This document shows, in pieces, positions 8,685-18,512 of a DNA stretch of 64,000 bases (the first letter of the stretch is position 1; each line of letters opens with the position of its first letter). A program made the translations under genes and the position numbers. Source of the stretch: Rhodospirillaceae bacterium (lineage in GTDB: Bacteria > Pseudomonadota > Alphaproteobacteria > Rhodospirillales > Rhodospirillaceae); assembly GCA_019694335.1 (NCBI GenBank), contig JAIBCD010000003.1, positions 16,113 through 80,112 on the forward strand. The letters are read 5' to 3'. Below the pieces are notes generated by a model, which did no database searches, was not told the origin of the DNA, and worked only from the letters and a program-made list of their open reading frames with translations.

Positions 8685-9751
8685 CAATGAAGGTCCAGCA
8701 GGCACATGCCGACCGAGAACCCCGGCCCAAGCGCGGCCATCAGGTGCGGGCCTCGCGCGCCGCGCGCCCCCGCTTTGACCAAAGTCCGGCGCAGCACCGC
8801 CAGCACCGTCACCGCCGACATATTGCCGTGATCGGCCAGCACCGCGCGCGCCTCGACCAGCCCGCCGCGCGCGAAACCGTAGCAGTCTTCCAAGGCCTCC
8901 AGCACCCGCTCGCCGCCCGGGTGCACGATCAGGCCCTTTAGGTCGGCTTGCGCAAGACCCTTACTTGCCAGAAACGCATCCGTGACCGGACGCATCATGT
9001 CGCGCACCAGGGCGGGAATGCTGCGCGAGAACACCACGCCCAACCCATCGTCCTCGACGGTCCAGCCCATGATGTCGCGGGTGCCGGGCCAGGTGTGCTC
9101 GCCCCAGGCCCGGATGCGCGCACGGGATGCACCTTCTCCCGCGCGCAACACTACGGCAGCGGCGCCGTCGCCGAACAGGGTGGTGGCGATGATATTGGCC
9201 TTGCTGTCGTCGCCGGGCCGGAAGGTGAGGCCACATAGCTCCGTGCACAGGAACAGCACCCACTCCCCGGGCATGGCTTTGGCGATGGCCGCGGCACGCG
9301 AAAGGCCGATGACTCCGCCCGCGCAGCCCAATCCGAACACCGGCAGGCGCTGCACCGTGGGCGAGAGCCCCAAAGGCTGCTGCAACAACGAATCAAGGCT
9401 GGGGGTGACAATGCCGGTGGAGGAGACCGTGACCGTGGCGGCGACATCGCGCGCGGCGACGCCCGCATCCGCCAATGCAAGCCTGCCCGCTTCGGCGAGC
9501 AACTTCACGGCGTGCTGTTCGAACAGCGCCGCGCGTTCCGGCCAGCCATGGCGTGACCGGTACCATTCCAGCGGCACACAGGAATTGCGCTGCTTCACGC
9601 CCGCATTGCCGTAGGTCTTCGCCATGCGCTCCATGAGTTCGGGACGGTGGCCGAAGACCTCGGCCGCCTTGGCCATGATCTCGTCCTGCCGGAAACAATG
9701 CAGAGGATAGGCGGTGGCGACGCCGTGAATGCCGACGTCCAATTCAGTCAT
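8684..9751 (-). CDS. Type III polyketide synthase (chalcone synthase-like)
   Basis: Trimmed to MTELDVG at 9751 (355 aa). It has Cys in FGLGCAGG, His in LIVHPGGERVL and Asn in HGNMSAVTVL, which form the CHS-like catalytic triad context. Confidence 0.85.
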   Translation of the reverse strand: MTELDVGIHGVATAYPLHCFRQDEIMAKAAEVFGHRPELMERMAKTYGNAGVKQRNSCVPLEWYRSRHGWPERAALFEQHAVKLLAEAGRLALADAGVAARDVAATVTVSSTGIVTPSLDSLLQQPLGLSPTVQRLPVFGLGCAGGVIGLSRAAAIAKAMPGEWVLFLCTELCGLTFRPGDDSKANIIATTLFGDGAAAVVLRAGEGASRARIRAWGEHTWPGTRDIMGWTVEDDGLGVVFSRSIPALVRDMMRPVTDAFLASKGLAQADLKGLIVHPGGERVLEALEDCYGFARGGLVEARAVLADHGNMSAVTVLAVLRRTLVKAGARGARGPHLMAALGPGFSVGMCLLDLH

Positions 9752-9791
9752 GGCAGGCCTGGAACAAAAGGAACCGCCCCCATGACGAAAT

Positions 9792-10214
9792 CTATGGCCC
9801 GGTTGTTCCGGGCGGCAGGGGGAATGCCACGGGCGCCGGCACGGTACTCCAGGCGGTCTCGCCGGCCACGGCCATGTCCTGCGACACCGGGTGCAACCGC
9901 GTGCATAGATATGTGACGATCCCCGGGCAGCGTCCGGGCGCCAGGAACGCCCAGGCCGCGAACAGCCCGCCATTGCCGCGAAAGGGAGAGTCCTTGAGGG
10001 CCTCGGCCAGAGCCTTCAGGCACACCGCGAGATCCGCGCCGGCGCCAACGCGCAGCCACTGCGGGCGCACGCCCAGGTGCCATACCGTGAAAACGCCGCT
10101 CTTGCCGTTCAGCCCCGCCAAGTGGCCGCCGAGGGAGAACAGCGAGGGGTAAACCCCTTCTCCGGGCAACCATCCCTCCTCCGCTTTGCCTTTGATACGC
10201 GCAATCAGGCTCAT
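9792..10214 (-). CDS. Hypothetical protein (140 aa), no recognised family
   Basis: ORF trimmed to MSLIARIKGK at 10214. Its ATG overlaps the TGA of the upstream PAP2 gene (ATGA). Confidence 0.4.
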   Translation of the reverse strand: MSLIARIKGKAEEGWLPGEGVYPSLFSLGGHLAGLNGKSGVFTVWHLGVRPQWLRVGAGADLAVCLKALAEALKDSPFRGNGGLFAAWAFLAPGRCPGIVTYLCTRLHPVSQDMAVAGETAWSTVPAPVAFPLPPGTTGP

Positions 10215-10870
10215 GCCCGCCCCAGCATCAGCCGCGCCAATCCGGCATTCACCGCGACTACGATCAGACCTGCGGCGAGCACGTCGCTGGCGAAATGGCC
10301 GCCTTGCACGACGCGCACGAAGCCGATCAACACCCCAAAACCCGTGCTTGCCCACAGCCCCGCCGCGCGCCATTCGCGTGGCAACAGGAAGGCGTAAGCC
10401 GTCAACCAGAACGCGATGGCGGCGTGACCGGAAACGAAGGAACAGTTACGCGCGCATTCGTCGGCCACGACAAATGGTGGTGTGTAGGCATGTTCGCCCC
10501 CGAACAGAGCGATGTCCTTGGGCCTAGCCCGGCCCCAATGAGGTTTGAGCAGAGATTCGACGATCAACCCGGGCCCGATGGCCGCGGTCACAACCAGATA
10601 ACCGATGCGGCGCGGCGTCAGATCCCAGATCCAGTCGCGCGAGGGCCCACGCGACAATATATCCATCAGCCACACCAGCACGAAGAACACCAGCGACCCG
10701 ACGATCATCGTCGGCACGGCGGCGCGGGCGAACTCCAGCAAGCCGTGCGGATCCCAGGAGAAGCCGCCGGCGAAGAACGCGGCACTGGCGGCGGCGTCGA
10801 GCGCGGGGATGCTGAACAGCGCAGTCAACACCGCGAGGCCGAGTAGAATCTTGGCGTCGGCAGAAACCAC
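10211..10870 (-). CDS. PAP2-superfamily membrane phosphatase (LpxE/LpxF-like candidate)
   Basis: It carries the three PAP2 motifs KPHWGRARP, SFVSGH and VRVVQGGHFASD. The proposed GTG start at 10870 is separated from the lptG stop by 1 nt; the track ORF start lies inside lptG. Confidence 0.7.
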   Translation of the reverse strand: MVSADAKILLGLAVLTALFSIPALDAAASAAFFAGGFSWDPHGLLEFARAAVPTMIVGSLVFFVLVWLMDILSRGPSRDWIWDLTPRRIGYLVVTAAIGPGLIVESLLKPHWGRARPKDIALFGGEHAYTPPFVVADECARNCSFVSGHAAIAFWLTAYAFLLPREWRAAGLWASTGFGVLIGFVRVVQGGHFASDVLAAGLIVVAVNAGLARLMLGRA

Positions 10871-10871
10871 G

Positions 10872-11984
10872 TCAGCCGTCCTCGCGATGGAACAGATAGG
10901 CCACACCGAACATGGCCGTGGCCACGGTCGGCGCCCAGGCGGCCAGGGCCAAAGGCAAGGTCGCCGACAGCCCCAAGGCATACGTGAAATGATTCAGGAA
11001 ATAGACCAGGAATCCGGTACCGAGTCCGGCGGCGCCGCGCAGCATCCAGCCCGGCAATTTGGTTCCGGCGGTGAGATAGAACGCCGACGCCACCAGCACC
11101 ATGGCGCACAGCAGGAACGGCGAGGCGAGCAAGGATTGCCAATACAGCCGGTGCGGCAACGCCGAGAAGCCGGCGGCCTGCGACGAGCGGATGAACGCCG
11201 GCAGATCCCAGAACGACATGGTCTCGGGCGCGGCCAGGCTGTCCTGCACCTTGTCGGCGGTGAGCGTGGTCGGGATCCAGAAATCCTGGTGATAGGCGGA
11301 CGTGGCCCGGCCGCCACCGAGATGCATTTCCCACACATTGCTCATGGCGATCACGCCCGCGCCAAGACGGCCCGCCGCCGCCTCGTAACGGCTTTCAATG
11401 GCCTCGCCATTCATCTTGAACACCGAGACGTCGCGCAAGTTCAGCACGTCGCCTTCCGCCTGCATGGCGCCGGCGCGCACGATGGTGACCGCGCCATTCT
11501 GGGATTCCCGCAGCCACAGGCCGCCGCGGTCGAGATTGATGGAGGTGGAGTTGCGCCGGATCAGCGAGTCCTCGAGCCGCTGATAGGAGTCATAGAGACT
11601 GGCGGCGAATGGATCGACCACCGCGAGATTGACGAACCCCAGCACCAGGGTGAGCGCCAAGGGCGGCGCCAGGAATTGCCACACCGAGATTCCCGCGGCG
11701 CGCATGACCAGCAGTTCGTGGCTGCGCGACAACCGGAACAGCGCATACATCATCGCCAGCATGACCGCGAACGGCAACGTCGCCTGGGCGGTGTGCGGCA
11801 GCTTGAGCAGCGCGAGGCCGAATACGGTGCCGAAGCCGAGCGAGTCATTGCCGGCGGTGCGGCGCAGAAGTTCGATCGTGTCGAACAACAGGATCAGGCC
11901 GCTGATCCCGCCGATGAAGGCAAGGAACGACAGCGTCACGTGCCAGGCGACATAGACCGAGAGAATGCGAAGAAGACGATTCAC
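10872..11984 (-). CDS. lptG: LPS export ABC permease LptG (YjgP/YjgQ family)
   Basis: Trimmed to GTG at 11984 (VNRLLRILSVYVAWHV..., about 370 aa). It has typical LptF/G N-terminal TM segments (ELLVMRAAGISVWQ) plus a periplasmic jellyroll region. Confidence 0.8.
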   Translation of the reverse strand: MNRLLRILSVYVAWHVTLSFLAFIGGISGLILLFDTIELLRRTAGNDSLGFGTVFGLALLKLPHTAQATLPFAVMLAMMYALFRLSRSHELLVMRAAGISVWQFLAPPLALTLVLGFVNLAVVDPFAASLYDSYQRLEDSLIRRNSTSINLDRGGLWLRESQNGAVTIVRAGAMQAEGDVLNLRDVSVFKMNGEAIESRYEAAAGRLGAGVIAMSNVWEMHLGGGRATSAYHQDFWIPTTLTADKVQDSLAAPETMSFWDLPAFIRSSQAAGFSALPHRLYWQSLLASPFLLCAMVLVASAFYLTAGTKLPGWMLRGAAGLGTGFLVYFLNHFTYALGLSATLPLALAAWAPTVATAMFGVAYLFHREDG

Positions 11985-12138
11985 GGAGCATCGGTCCGAA
12001 GAGTGGGCACCGGTTTGTGCGGGCGAAGCCCGCCCTCTTATTGTAGCGCGCCTTCCGCGCGCACTGAACCGATGCGACGAACAATTAGCCCCATCATACT
12101 CATAGCGGAAGCGGCGATACACGGCGTATCATCGGACA

Positions 12139-12711
12139 ATGGTGAAGCTGACAAAGATCTATACCCGCGGCGGCGACAAGGGCGAGACCTCGCTCGGCGA
12201 CGGCGCGCGCGTCAAGAAATACGACCTGCGGGTCGCGGCCTACGGCACCCTCGATGAAGCCAATTCGGTGGTCGGCCTCGCGCGCCTGCACACGGCCAGG
12301 AACGCCGAAACCGACGCCATGCTGATGCGCATCCAGAACGACCTGTTCGACCTGGGCGCCGACCTGTGCACGCCGCTGGCGGCCGACGAGAAGCCCGGCC
12401 AGGCCTTGCGCGCGGTCCAGGCCCAGGTCGACCGGCTGGAGCGCGAGATCGACGCCATGAACGCCAAGCTTGCACCGCTCACCTCTTTCGTTCTGCCCGG
12501 TGGCACGGCCGCCGCGGCCTACCTGCACCTCGCGCGCACGGTCGTGCGCCGCGCCGAACGCGAGATCACGGAACTGGCGGCACACGAGGCCATCAACCCG
12601 GTGTCGCTGACCTATGCCAACCGCCTCTCGGACCACCTGTTCGTGCTTGCGCGTCATGTGAACGCAAATGCTGGTGGCGACGTCATGTGGGTGCCCGGTG
12701 CCAACCGCTAA
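12139..12711 (+). CDS. ATP:cob(I)alamin adenosyltransferase, PduO/MMAB type
   Basis: 190 aa, MVKLTKIYTRGGDKGETSL...YGTLDEANS...LPGG. Confidence 0.85.
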   Translation: MVKLTKIYTRGGDKGETSLGDGARVKKYDLRVAAYGTLDEANSVVGLARLHTARNAETDAMLMRIQNDLFDLGADLCTPLAADEKPGQALRAVQAQVDRLEREIDAMNAKLAPLTSFVLPGGTAAAAYLHLARTVVRRAEREITELAAHEAINPVSLTYANRLSDHLFVLARHVNANAGGDVMWVPGANR

Positions 12712-12734
12712 CTGTCTGAAATGTCCCGAAAACC

Positions 12735-12761
12735 ATGCTGCAACGCAGCATTATTTCGTTT
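12735..12761 (+). terminator. Possible intrinsic terminator
   Basis: Perfect 7-bp hairpin ATGCTGC-AAC-GCAGCAT followed by TATTTCGTTT. Confidence 0.5.
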
Positions 12762-12842
12762 GACAGGTCTTGGCCTCGGGACTAGTGGTACGGCCGCGAA
12801 ACTGACTAAAAACAAATATCTTTTCTGCTGAATGGGGGGCCG

Positions 12843-13595
12843 ATGAAAGCACTGGTCGCCGTCAAACGCGTGGTCGACTACAACGTCAAGGTCCGGGTCA
12901 AGGCCGACAAGACCGGCGTCGAACTCGCCAACGTCAAAATGTCCATGAACCCGTTCGACGAAATCGCCGTCGAGGAAGCGGTGCGCATGAAGGAAGCCGG
13001 CAAGATCACCGAGATCGTGGTGGTCAGCATCGGCCCGATGGGCGCCCAGGAAACACTGCGCACCGCCCTCGCCATGGGCGCCGACCGCGGCATCCTGGTG
13101 CAGACCGACGCCGAGATTCAGCCGCTGGCGGTCGCCAAGATCCTGAAGGCGGTCGCGGCCAAGGAAAACCCCAACCTGATCGTGCTGGGCAAGCAGGCCA
13201 TCGACGACGACGCCAACCAGACCGGCCAGATGCTCGCCGCGCTGCTCGGCTGGTCCCAGGGCACTTTCGCCTCGAAGGTGGAACTCGGCGCCGACGCCGC
13301 CACGGTGACGCGCGAAGTGGACGGCGGCCTCGAGACCATCAGCATCAAGTTGCCGTGCATCATCACCACCGACCTGCGCCTCAACGAGCCGCGCTATGCG
13401 TCGCTGCCCAACATCATGAAGGCCAAGAAGAAGCCGATCGACACGCTGGCCCCGGATGCGCTCGGCGTCGATGTCACGCCGCGCCTCATCACGCTCAAGG
13501 TGGAAGAGCCCGCCAAACGCCAGGGCGGCGCCAAGGTGCCCGACGTCGCCACCCTCATCGACAAACTGCGCAATGAAGCCAAGGTGATCGGATGA
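12843..13595 (+). CDS. etfB: Electron transfer flavoprotein beta subunit
   Basis: 250 aa, [19 protein letters not shown]... Confidence 0.9.
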   Translation: MKALVAVKRVVDYNVKVRVKADKTGVELANVKMSMNPFDEIAVEEAVRMKEAGKITEIVVVSIGPMGAQETLRTALAMGADRGILVQTDAEIQPLAVAKILKAVAAKENPNLIVLGKQAIDDDANQTGQMLAALLGWSQGTFASKVELGADAATVTREVDGGLETISIKLPCIITTDLRLNEPRYASLPNIMKAKKKPIDTLAPDALGVDVTPRLITLKVEEPAKRQGGAKVPDVATLIDKLRNEAKVIG

Positions 13596-14521
13596 CCTCG
13601 CTCGTTCTCGCGGAACACGACAACACGTCCATCAAGGCCGCCACGCTGTCGGCCATCACCGCCGCCGCGCAAATCGGCGGCGACATCCATGTGCTGGTGG
13701 CCGGCAAGGACTGTGCCGGCGCGGCCGCGGCCGCCGCCAAGATCGCGGGCGTCACCAAGGTGCGCGTCGCCGATGCCGACGCCTATGCCCATGCCCTGGC
13801 CGAACCGCTGTCGGCGCTGATCGTCAGCCTGGCCGGCGACTACTCCCATCTGATCGCGCCCGCCACCACCTCGGGCAAGAACGTCATGCCGCGCGTCGCG
13901 GCTCTCCTGGATGTCGCGCAGATCTCCGACATTTCGGCGGTGGTCTCGGCGGATACCTTTGTCCGTCCGATCTACGCCGGCAACGCGCTCGCGACCGTCC
14001 AATCGAAAGACCCCAAGAAGGTCATCACCGTGCGTGGCTCGACCTTCGACAAGGCCAAGACCGAGGGCGGCAGTGCCGTTATCGAGAACGTCGCCGCGGC
14101 GGCGGACCCCGGCCTTTCCAGCTTCGTCAGCCAGACGCTGTCCAAATCCGAACGCCCCGAACTCACCTCGGCGCGCATCGTGGTCTCGGGCGGCCGCGGC
14201 ATGGGCTCGGGCGAGAACTTCAAGATCATCGAGGCCCTGGCCGATAAACTCGGCGCCGGTGTCGGCGCCAGCCGCGCGGCGGTCGACGCGGGCTTCGTGC
14301 CGAACGACTACCAGGTCGGCCAGACCGGCAAGATCGTGGCGCCGGAACTTTACATCGCGGTGGGCATCTCCGGCGCCATCCAGCACCTCGCCGGCATGAA
14401 GGATTCCAAGGTCATCGTCGCCATCAACAAGGATCCCGAAGCGCCGATTTTCCAGATCGCCGACTACGGCCTGGTGGGCGACCTGTTCCAGGTCGTCCCG
14501 GAACTCACCGCCGCGCTCTAA
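13592..14521 (+). CDS. etfA: Electron transfer flavoprotein alpha subunit
   Basis: 309 aa. The C-terminal FAD motif is [30 protein letters not shown]. The ATGA overlaps etfB. Confidence 0.9.
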   Translation: MTSLVLAEHDNTSIKAATLSAITAAAQIGGDIHVLVAGKDCAGAAAAAAKIAGVTKVRVADADAYAHALAEPLSALIVSLAGDYSHLIAPATTSGKNVMPRVAALLDVAQISDISAVVSADTFVRPIYAGNALATVQSKDPKKVITVRGSTFDKAKTEGGSAVIENVAAAADPGLSSFVSQTLSKSERPELTSARIVVSGGRGMGSGENFKIIEALADKLGAGVGASRAAVDAGFVPNDYQVGQTGKIVAPELYIAVGISGAIQHLAGMKDSKVIVAINKDPEAPIFQIADYGLVGDLFQVVPELTAAL

Positions 14522-14533
14522 TCACGCTGCTTA

Positions 14534-14567
14534 CGCCGCCGGGGATGCCCCGGCGGCGCTTGTTTTT
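14534..14567 (+). terminator. Intrinsic terminator after etfA
   Basis: CGCCGCCGGGG-ATG-CCCCGGCGGCG followed by CTTGTTTTT. Confidence 0.75.
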
Positions 14568-14587
14568 CATGTAGGTCTTTCACATCC

Positions 14588-15487
14588 ATGAACCAGCCCG
14601 CCAACACTCCCGTCACCATCGCCAAGGTCGGCATCATCGGCGCCGGGCAGATGGGATCGGGCATCGCCCATGTCTGCGCGCTCGCGGGCTTCGACGTGGT
14701 GATCTCGGACATCAGCGAAGACCAGCTCAAGAAGAGCCGCTCCAATATCGAAAAGAACATCCTGCGCCAGGTGAACAAGGGCTTCGTCAGCGAAGCCGAT
14801 AAAAACGCCGCGCTGGAACGCATCAAGACCGCCACCGGCTACGAAGGCCTGCGCGACCGCGACCTGGTGATCGAGGCCGCCATCGAGGCCGAGGAAACCA
14901 AGAAGAACATCTTCAAGGCTCTGACGCCGTTCCTGAAGGCCGACGCGCTGCTGTGCTCCAACACCTCGTCGATCTCCATCACCCGCCTCGCCGCCGTCAC
15001 CGACCGGCCCGAGCGGTTCATGGGCCTGCACTTCATGAACCCGGTGCCGGTGATGAAGCTGGTGGAACTGATCCGCGGCATCGCCACCGACGAAAACACC
15101 TTCTCCGCCGTACGGGTATTCGCCGAAAAACTCGGCAAGCAGACCGTGTCGTCGGAAGACTTCCCGGCCTTCATCGTCAACCGCGTGCTGATCCCAATGA
15201 TCAACGAGGCGATCTACACGCTGTACGAAGGCGTCGGCACCGTGAAGGCGATCGACACCGCTATGAAGCTCGGCGCCAACCACCCGATGGGCCCGCTCGA
15301 ACTCGCGGATTTCATCGGCCTCGACACCTGCCTCGCCATCATGACGGTGCTGCACGACGGCCTGGCCGACACCAAATACCGCCCCTGCCCGCTGCTCGCG
15401 AAATACGTCGAGGCCGGCTGGCTGGGCCGCAAGACCGGCAAGGGCTTCTACGACTACAGCGGCCCGGAACCGGTTCCCACCCGCTAA
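14588..15487 (+). CDS. 3-hydroxyacyl/3-hydroxybutyryl-CoA dehydrogenase
   Basis: 299 aa with Rossmann motif [14 protein letters not shown] and [12 protein letters not shown]. Confidence 0.85.
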   Translation: MNQPANTPVTIAKVGIIGAGQMGSGIAHVCALAGFDVVISDISEDQLKKSRSNIEKNILRQVNKGFVSEADKNAALERIKTATGYEGLRDRDLVIEAAIEAEETKKNIFKALTPFLKADALLCSNTSSISITRLAAVTDRPERFMGLHFMNPVPVMKLVELIRGIATDENTFSAVRVFAEKLGKQTVSSEDFPAFIVNRVLIPMINEAIYTLYEGVGTVKAIDTAMKLGANHPMGPLELADFIGLDTCLAIMTVLHDGLADTKYRPCPLLAKYVEAGWLGRKTGKGFYDYSGPEPVPTR

Positions 15488-15496
15488 CGTCCCCGC

Positions 15497-17155
15497 ATGG
15501 CCGCGCCTGCTTCAGACATCGGCGCGTTCGTGGCCCGCTATCGGCTCACCGAGGGCTTCCGCCCCTATCTTCTGCTGACCTTGCTGTGCCTCGTCCTTTA
15601 CGCGCCGGGGCTCGCGTCGTTGCCGCCCATGGACCGCGATGAAGCGCGCTTCATGCAGGCCACCAAGCAGATGATCGAGACCGGCGACTACGTCAACATC
15701 CGCTTCCAGGAAGAGGCCCGGAACAAGAAGCCCGTGGGCGCCTACTGGCTGCAGGCGGCTGCGGTGAAACTCACGAGCGCCGAACTCACCGCGCCCTGGG
15801 CCTACCGTCTGCCGTCGGCGCTGACGACCTGGCTCGCGGTGCTGACCACTTTCTTTTTTGGACGCAGGCTGTTCGGTGCGCCCGCCGGATTGACCGCCGG
15901 CGCCATGCTGGCGACGACACTGGTCGTGGCCGCGGAGGCCCATCTCGCCAAGACCGACGCGGCGCTGCTGTGCGCCACCACCCTGTGCCTTGCGGGACTA
16001 GGGAGCGTTTACACCGAACCGCGCAAGCAGATCGGCGCGGCGCTCCTATTCTGGAGCGCGCTGGCGGCCGGCATCCTGATCAAAGGGCCGGTCATCGTCG
16101 CGGTGGCCGGCGCCACGGGCGCCGCGCTGTGCCTCGCGGACCGTGATCTGAAATGGATTTGGCGGCTGTATCCCGTGGCCGGTGTCGCCCTGCTCGCGGC
16201 CCTCGTGGCGCCCTGGCTGCTGCTGCAATCGTCGGCCGGCTCCGGGTTCGTGAGCGCGTCCTTCCAGGAAGACATCCTGCCCAAACTCGTCGGCGGCCAG
16301 GAAGGCCACGGCGCGCTGCCCGGCACGCACCTGGTGCTCGGCGTGGTCACCGCGTGGCCGTGGTCGGTGCTCGCCCCGTTCGCCGTGATCGCGGGCTGGC
16401 GCAAGCGCGCCGAACCGGCGGTGCGGTTTTGCCTCGCGTGGCTGGCACCCGCATGGATCGTGTTCGAACTCGTACCCACCAAACTCCCGCACTACACCCT
16501 GCCGCTGATGCCGCCGCTGATGCTGCTGATCGCCGCGCTGTTGCGGGATCTGCCCGACCTGCGCGGCCTACTCGGCGGCCGGTGGGGGCTGGGGTGGCGG
16601 ATCGCCTGGTCGTGGGTGTGCATCATCCTCGGCGTCATCGCCCTGGTCGCCGCGCGGCGCTTCGGTGACGGCAGCGTGATCCCGGCCACCATGGCCGCGA
16701 TCATCATGCTAGGCGCGGGCCTCTATGGCATGACCGTGCTCGGGCGTTCCGGGACCGCCCAGGCCGTGCTGGGCGTCGGCATCGCGAGCTTCGCGTTCTA
16801 TGTGACGGTGTTCGGCGCGGAACTGCCGCGCTTACCGCGCTTGGCGCTCAGCGACCGCATCGCCGCCCGCGCGAAGCCGCTGATGACGGAGCCGGTCATC
16901 ATCGCAGGCTATCACGAACCTTCCGCGATTTTCCTTCTCGGTACGAGAACCATCCTGTCGGATGCGAAAGGCGCCGCCGACCATCTGCTGGCCCATCCGG
17001 CGGCGCTGGCGGTGGTGCCGGTGGCGGCTCTCGACCTTGTGCGCGAAACGCTGGCCGCGGGCGGACGGAACCTGGTGCGGATCGAGGAGTTCGGCGGGTA
17101 TAACTATTCCCGCGGCAGGCCCGAACACCTGGCCCTGATTACCACCGGCTCATGA
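15497..17155 (+). CDS. ArnT/PMT-like membrane glycosyltransferase (GT39/GT83-type)
   Basis: 552 aa and polytopic. The N-terminal loop motif PPMDRDEARFMQATKQMIETGDYV...KKPVGAYWLQ resembles the ArnT DE.RY.E..REM loop. Confidence 0.75.
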   Translation: MAAPASDIGAFVARYRLTEGFRPYLLLTLLCLVLYAPGLASLPPMDRDEARFMQATKQMIETGDYVNIRFQEEARNKKPVGAYWLQAAAVKLTSAELTAPWAYRLPSALTTWLAVLTTFFFGRRLFGAPAGLTAGAMLATTLVVAAEAHLAKTDAALLCATTLCLAGLGSVYTEPRKQIGAALLFWSALAAGILIKGPVIVAVAGATGAALCLADRDLKWIWRLYPVAGVALLAALVAPWLLLQSSAGSGFVSASFQEDILPKLVGGQEGHGALPGTHLVLGVVTAWPWSVLAPFAVIAGWRKRAEPAVRFCLAWLAPAWIVFELVPTKLPHYTLPLMPPLMLLIAALLRDLPDLRGLLGGRWGLGWRIAWSWVCIILGVIALVAARRFGDGSVIPATMAAIIMLGAGLYGMTVLGRSGTAQAVLGVGIASFAFYVTVFGAELPRLPRLALSDRIAARAKPLMTEPVIIAGYHEPSAIFLLGTRTILSDAKGAADHLLAHPAALAVVPVAALDLVRETLAAGGRNLVRIEEFGGYNYSRGRPEHLALITTGS

Positions 17156-17844
17156 CCCAGCGCAGCCCCCTCCTCGCTCCGGCTTTCCTGATCTACACCG
17201 TCCTCAATGCCGCCGCGATCGTGGCGTTGATGCTGTGGGGCGACGACGACATCGCGCGCTGGTTCCGCCCGCGGCGCGACACGGCCTGGGCCGCGTTCTT
17301 CGCCGCGATCACCGATTTCGCCAGCGGTTGGCTGTGGTATTCGGTGGCGCTGACCGGCCTTGCCGGGGCTTACGTCCGCTACCGTTCGCAGCAATTGGCG
17401 CTTGGCACCACCGCCTTCACCGTGCGCAAACGCGCCTGGGTTTTCATGATCGTGGCCATGGCCACGTCGGGAATCATCGGAGTGGCGCTCAAGTTCGCGA
17501 TCGGCCGCGACCGGCCGCGCTTCTTGTTTGAAGATGGCGGCGCCACCTTCCATCCCTTCCGGATGAACACCGGGGATTCCAGTTTCCCCTCGGGTCACGC
17601 CCAGTCCATCACCTCGGCGATGCTGGCGCTGGCGCTGATCTATCCGCCGCTGCGCCCGGTGTTCATTGTGGTCGCCGCCCTGATCGCCGCCAGCCGCACG
17701 ATCATCGGCGCGCACTATGCCAGCGATGTGCTTGGCGGGGTCTGGCTGGCGGTGGCGGCCGTGATCTTTTGGCGCCACCGGTTCGAAGCCAACGGCGAGA
17801 AGCTGGACCTCACCCTGGCTAGGGCGCGGCCGCCAGGCTCTTGA
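17152..17844 (+). CDS. PAP2-superfamily membrane phosphatase
   Basis: Motifs are KFAIGRDRP, SFPSGH and SRTIIGAHYASD. The ATGA overlaps the ArnT-like gene. Confidence 0.75.
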   Translation: MTQRSPLLAPAFLIYTVLNAAAIVALMLWGDDDIARWFRPRRDTAWAAFFAAITDFASGWLWYSVALTGLAGAYVRYRSQQLALGTTAFTVRKRAWVFMIVAMATSGIIGVALKFAIGRDRPRFLFEDGGATFHPFRMNTGDSSFPSGHAQSITSAMLALALIYPPLRPVFIVVAALIAASRTIIGAHYASDVLGGVWLAVAAVIFWRHRFEANGEKLDLTLARARPPGS

Positions 17845-18442
17845 GCTTGTCCACCACCACGTCCGAGGTCCACTTCACCTCGCCCTCGACACGGCCGATC
17901 TCCTTGCCCGACTTGTCGATGATGATGGTGGTGGGCAGCCCCTTGATCGACGCGTCACGCTGGAACCGGCCCTGCGGTTCGGTATAGAGCGCCAGGTTCT
18001 TCCAGCCGTTCTTCTCCACGAAGGGTTGCGCAACCTTGGCACCTTCACGGTCCTGGGAAATGGTCAGCACCTGGAAGGTGTCGCCGCCCAGCTGCGCTTG
18101 CAGCGCGTCCAAGGTGGGCATTTCCTTCACGCAGGGCGCGCACCAGGTCGCCCAGAAATTCACCACCAGCGCCTTGCCCTTGAAGTCGGCCAGGGTCTTG
18201 TCCGCGTCGGCGGCATCCTTGAACACGGTGGCGGGCGCATCCCTGGGCGCATCGTACCAGACGAAGTCGGCGCCCTTCGGCGGCGCGGCCGGCGCGGAGG
18301 CCGCCGACTCCGACGAAACAGCCGGCGCGGATTCTTGCTTCTGGCCGCTGCGGCTTGCCACGACAACCACGGCGATGATAATCAGCCCGAGCCCCAGGAT
18401 CGGCACCCAAGGTCCGGTCTTGCGGCCTGATTCATTTGACAT
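17819..18442 (-). CDS. Membrane-anchored thiol:disulfide oxidoreductase (TlpA-like thioredoxin fold)
   Basis: 207 aa with an N-terminal TM segment and the active site FWATWCAPC. Confidence 0.75.
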   Translation of the reverse strand: MSNESGRKTGPWVPILGLGLIIIAVVVVASRSGQKQESAPAVSSESAASAPAAPPKGADFVWYDAPRDAPATVFKDAADADKTLADFKGKALVVNFWATWCAPCVKEMPTLDALQAQLGGDTFQVLTISQDREGAKVAQPFVEKNGWKNLALYTEPQGRFQRDASIKGLPTTIIIDKSGKEIGRVEGEVKWTSDVVVDKLKSLAAAP

Positions 18443-18512
18443 AAATGGCTCCCGATAAAATCCCGGCGGGATGATAGCCTCCGGGAGACAGCTTCAGTAC
18501 CCAAGGTAGCAC

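Noticed and set aside
9792-10214. GIY-YIG-like pattern (GVF...LRVGAG...L..L) in the 140-aa ORFan
   Set aside because: The spacing and the catalytic Arg/Glu/Asn positions cannot be matched by eye, so the similarity is too weak to call.
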